Of a stretch of 37,219 nt of DNA, positions 37,216 to 37,219 are shown in pieces. Every line of letters starts with the position of its first letter. Within the stretch, counting starts at the first letter, position 1. Under the pieces are notes generated by a model. That model ran no database searches and was not told where the DNA came from. It was given only the letters and a program-made list of their open reading frames with translations. Both the position numbers and the translations under genes were made by a program. The stretch lies in NCBI GenBank assembly GCA_030667885.1, contig DAOUVA010000001.1, positions 1 through 37,219 on the forward strand, written 5' to 3'. Source of the stretch: Phycisphaerae bacterium (lineage in GTDB: Bacteria; Planctomycetota; Phycisphaerae; Sedimentisphaerales; Anaerobacaceae).

Positions 37216-37219
37216 TTAA

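Noticed and set aside
37141-37219. tRNA-Pro at the window edge as an integration site for a genomic island.
   Set aside because: No integrase, direct repeat of the tRNA 3' end or foreign-looking genes are visible. The window ends 4 nt after the tRNA, so this cannot be evaluated.
1-37219. A scan for CRISPR arrays, IS/transposon ends, phage genes, toxin-antitoxin pairs, retron/DGR reverse transcriptases and rRNA genes.
   Set aside because: No regularly spaced direct repeats, transposase, integrase or RT-like ORFs, or rRNA-like sequence were seen. All large ORFs are accounted for by the features listed.

Overview
I do not see a coherent novel multi-gene system in this window. It reads as a mostly core-chromosome segment with accessory glycan-degradation and surface genes scattered through it.

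Calls rest on motif and architecture recognition by eye plus the ORF track; no database search was run.

**Likely source (inference):** a PVC-superphylum-like sulfated-glycan degrader (Planctomycetota/Phycisphaerae, Kiritimatiellota or Lentisphaerota). This rests on four formylglycine-type sulfatases with twin-arginine (Tat) signals, a secreted LamG protein, and a GH29 fucosidase lipoprotein.

**Housekeeping genes recognised:** serA, pdxB-folP-Nudix, lon, lipA, lipB, lpd, lhgO, uvrB, nadC, birA, priA and tRNA-Pro(CGG).

**Accessory or surface genes:**
- two tandem pairs of S1 sulfatases
- a LamG multi-domain secreted protein, divergent from a secreted LTD-CotH-LTD kinase-like protein
- an APC permease fused to an EIIA(Ntr)-type domain
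- an orphan PilX/GspK-like pseudopilin with a predicted beta-solenoid
- a membrane-anchored protein of unknown function, divergent from an exported MpaA-like M14 peptidase

**Not found:** CRISPR array, transposase, integrase, phage gene, toxin-antitoxin pair or recognisable defence system.

**Most worth a second look:**
- the orphan pseudopilin/solenoid protein (18129-19511)
- the secreted CotH kinase-like protein (4448-7435)
- the long LamG leader, with an unexplained strong Shine-Dalgarno and a start-overlapping small ORF (3973-4211)
- the permease-EIIA fusion (10842-12716)
- the unknown protein / exported peptidase pair (27170-28950)

Interest scores are deliberately moderate.
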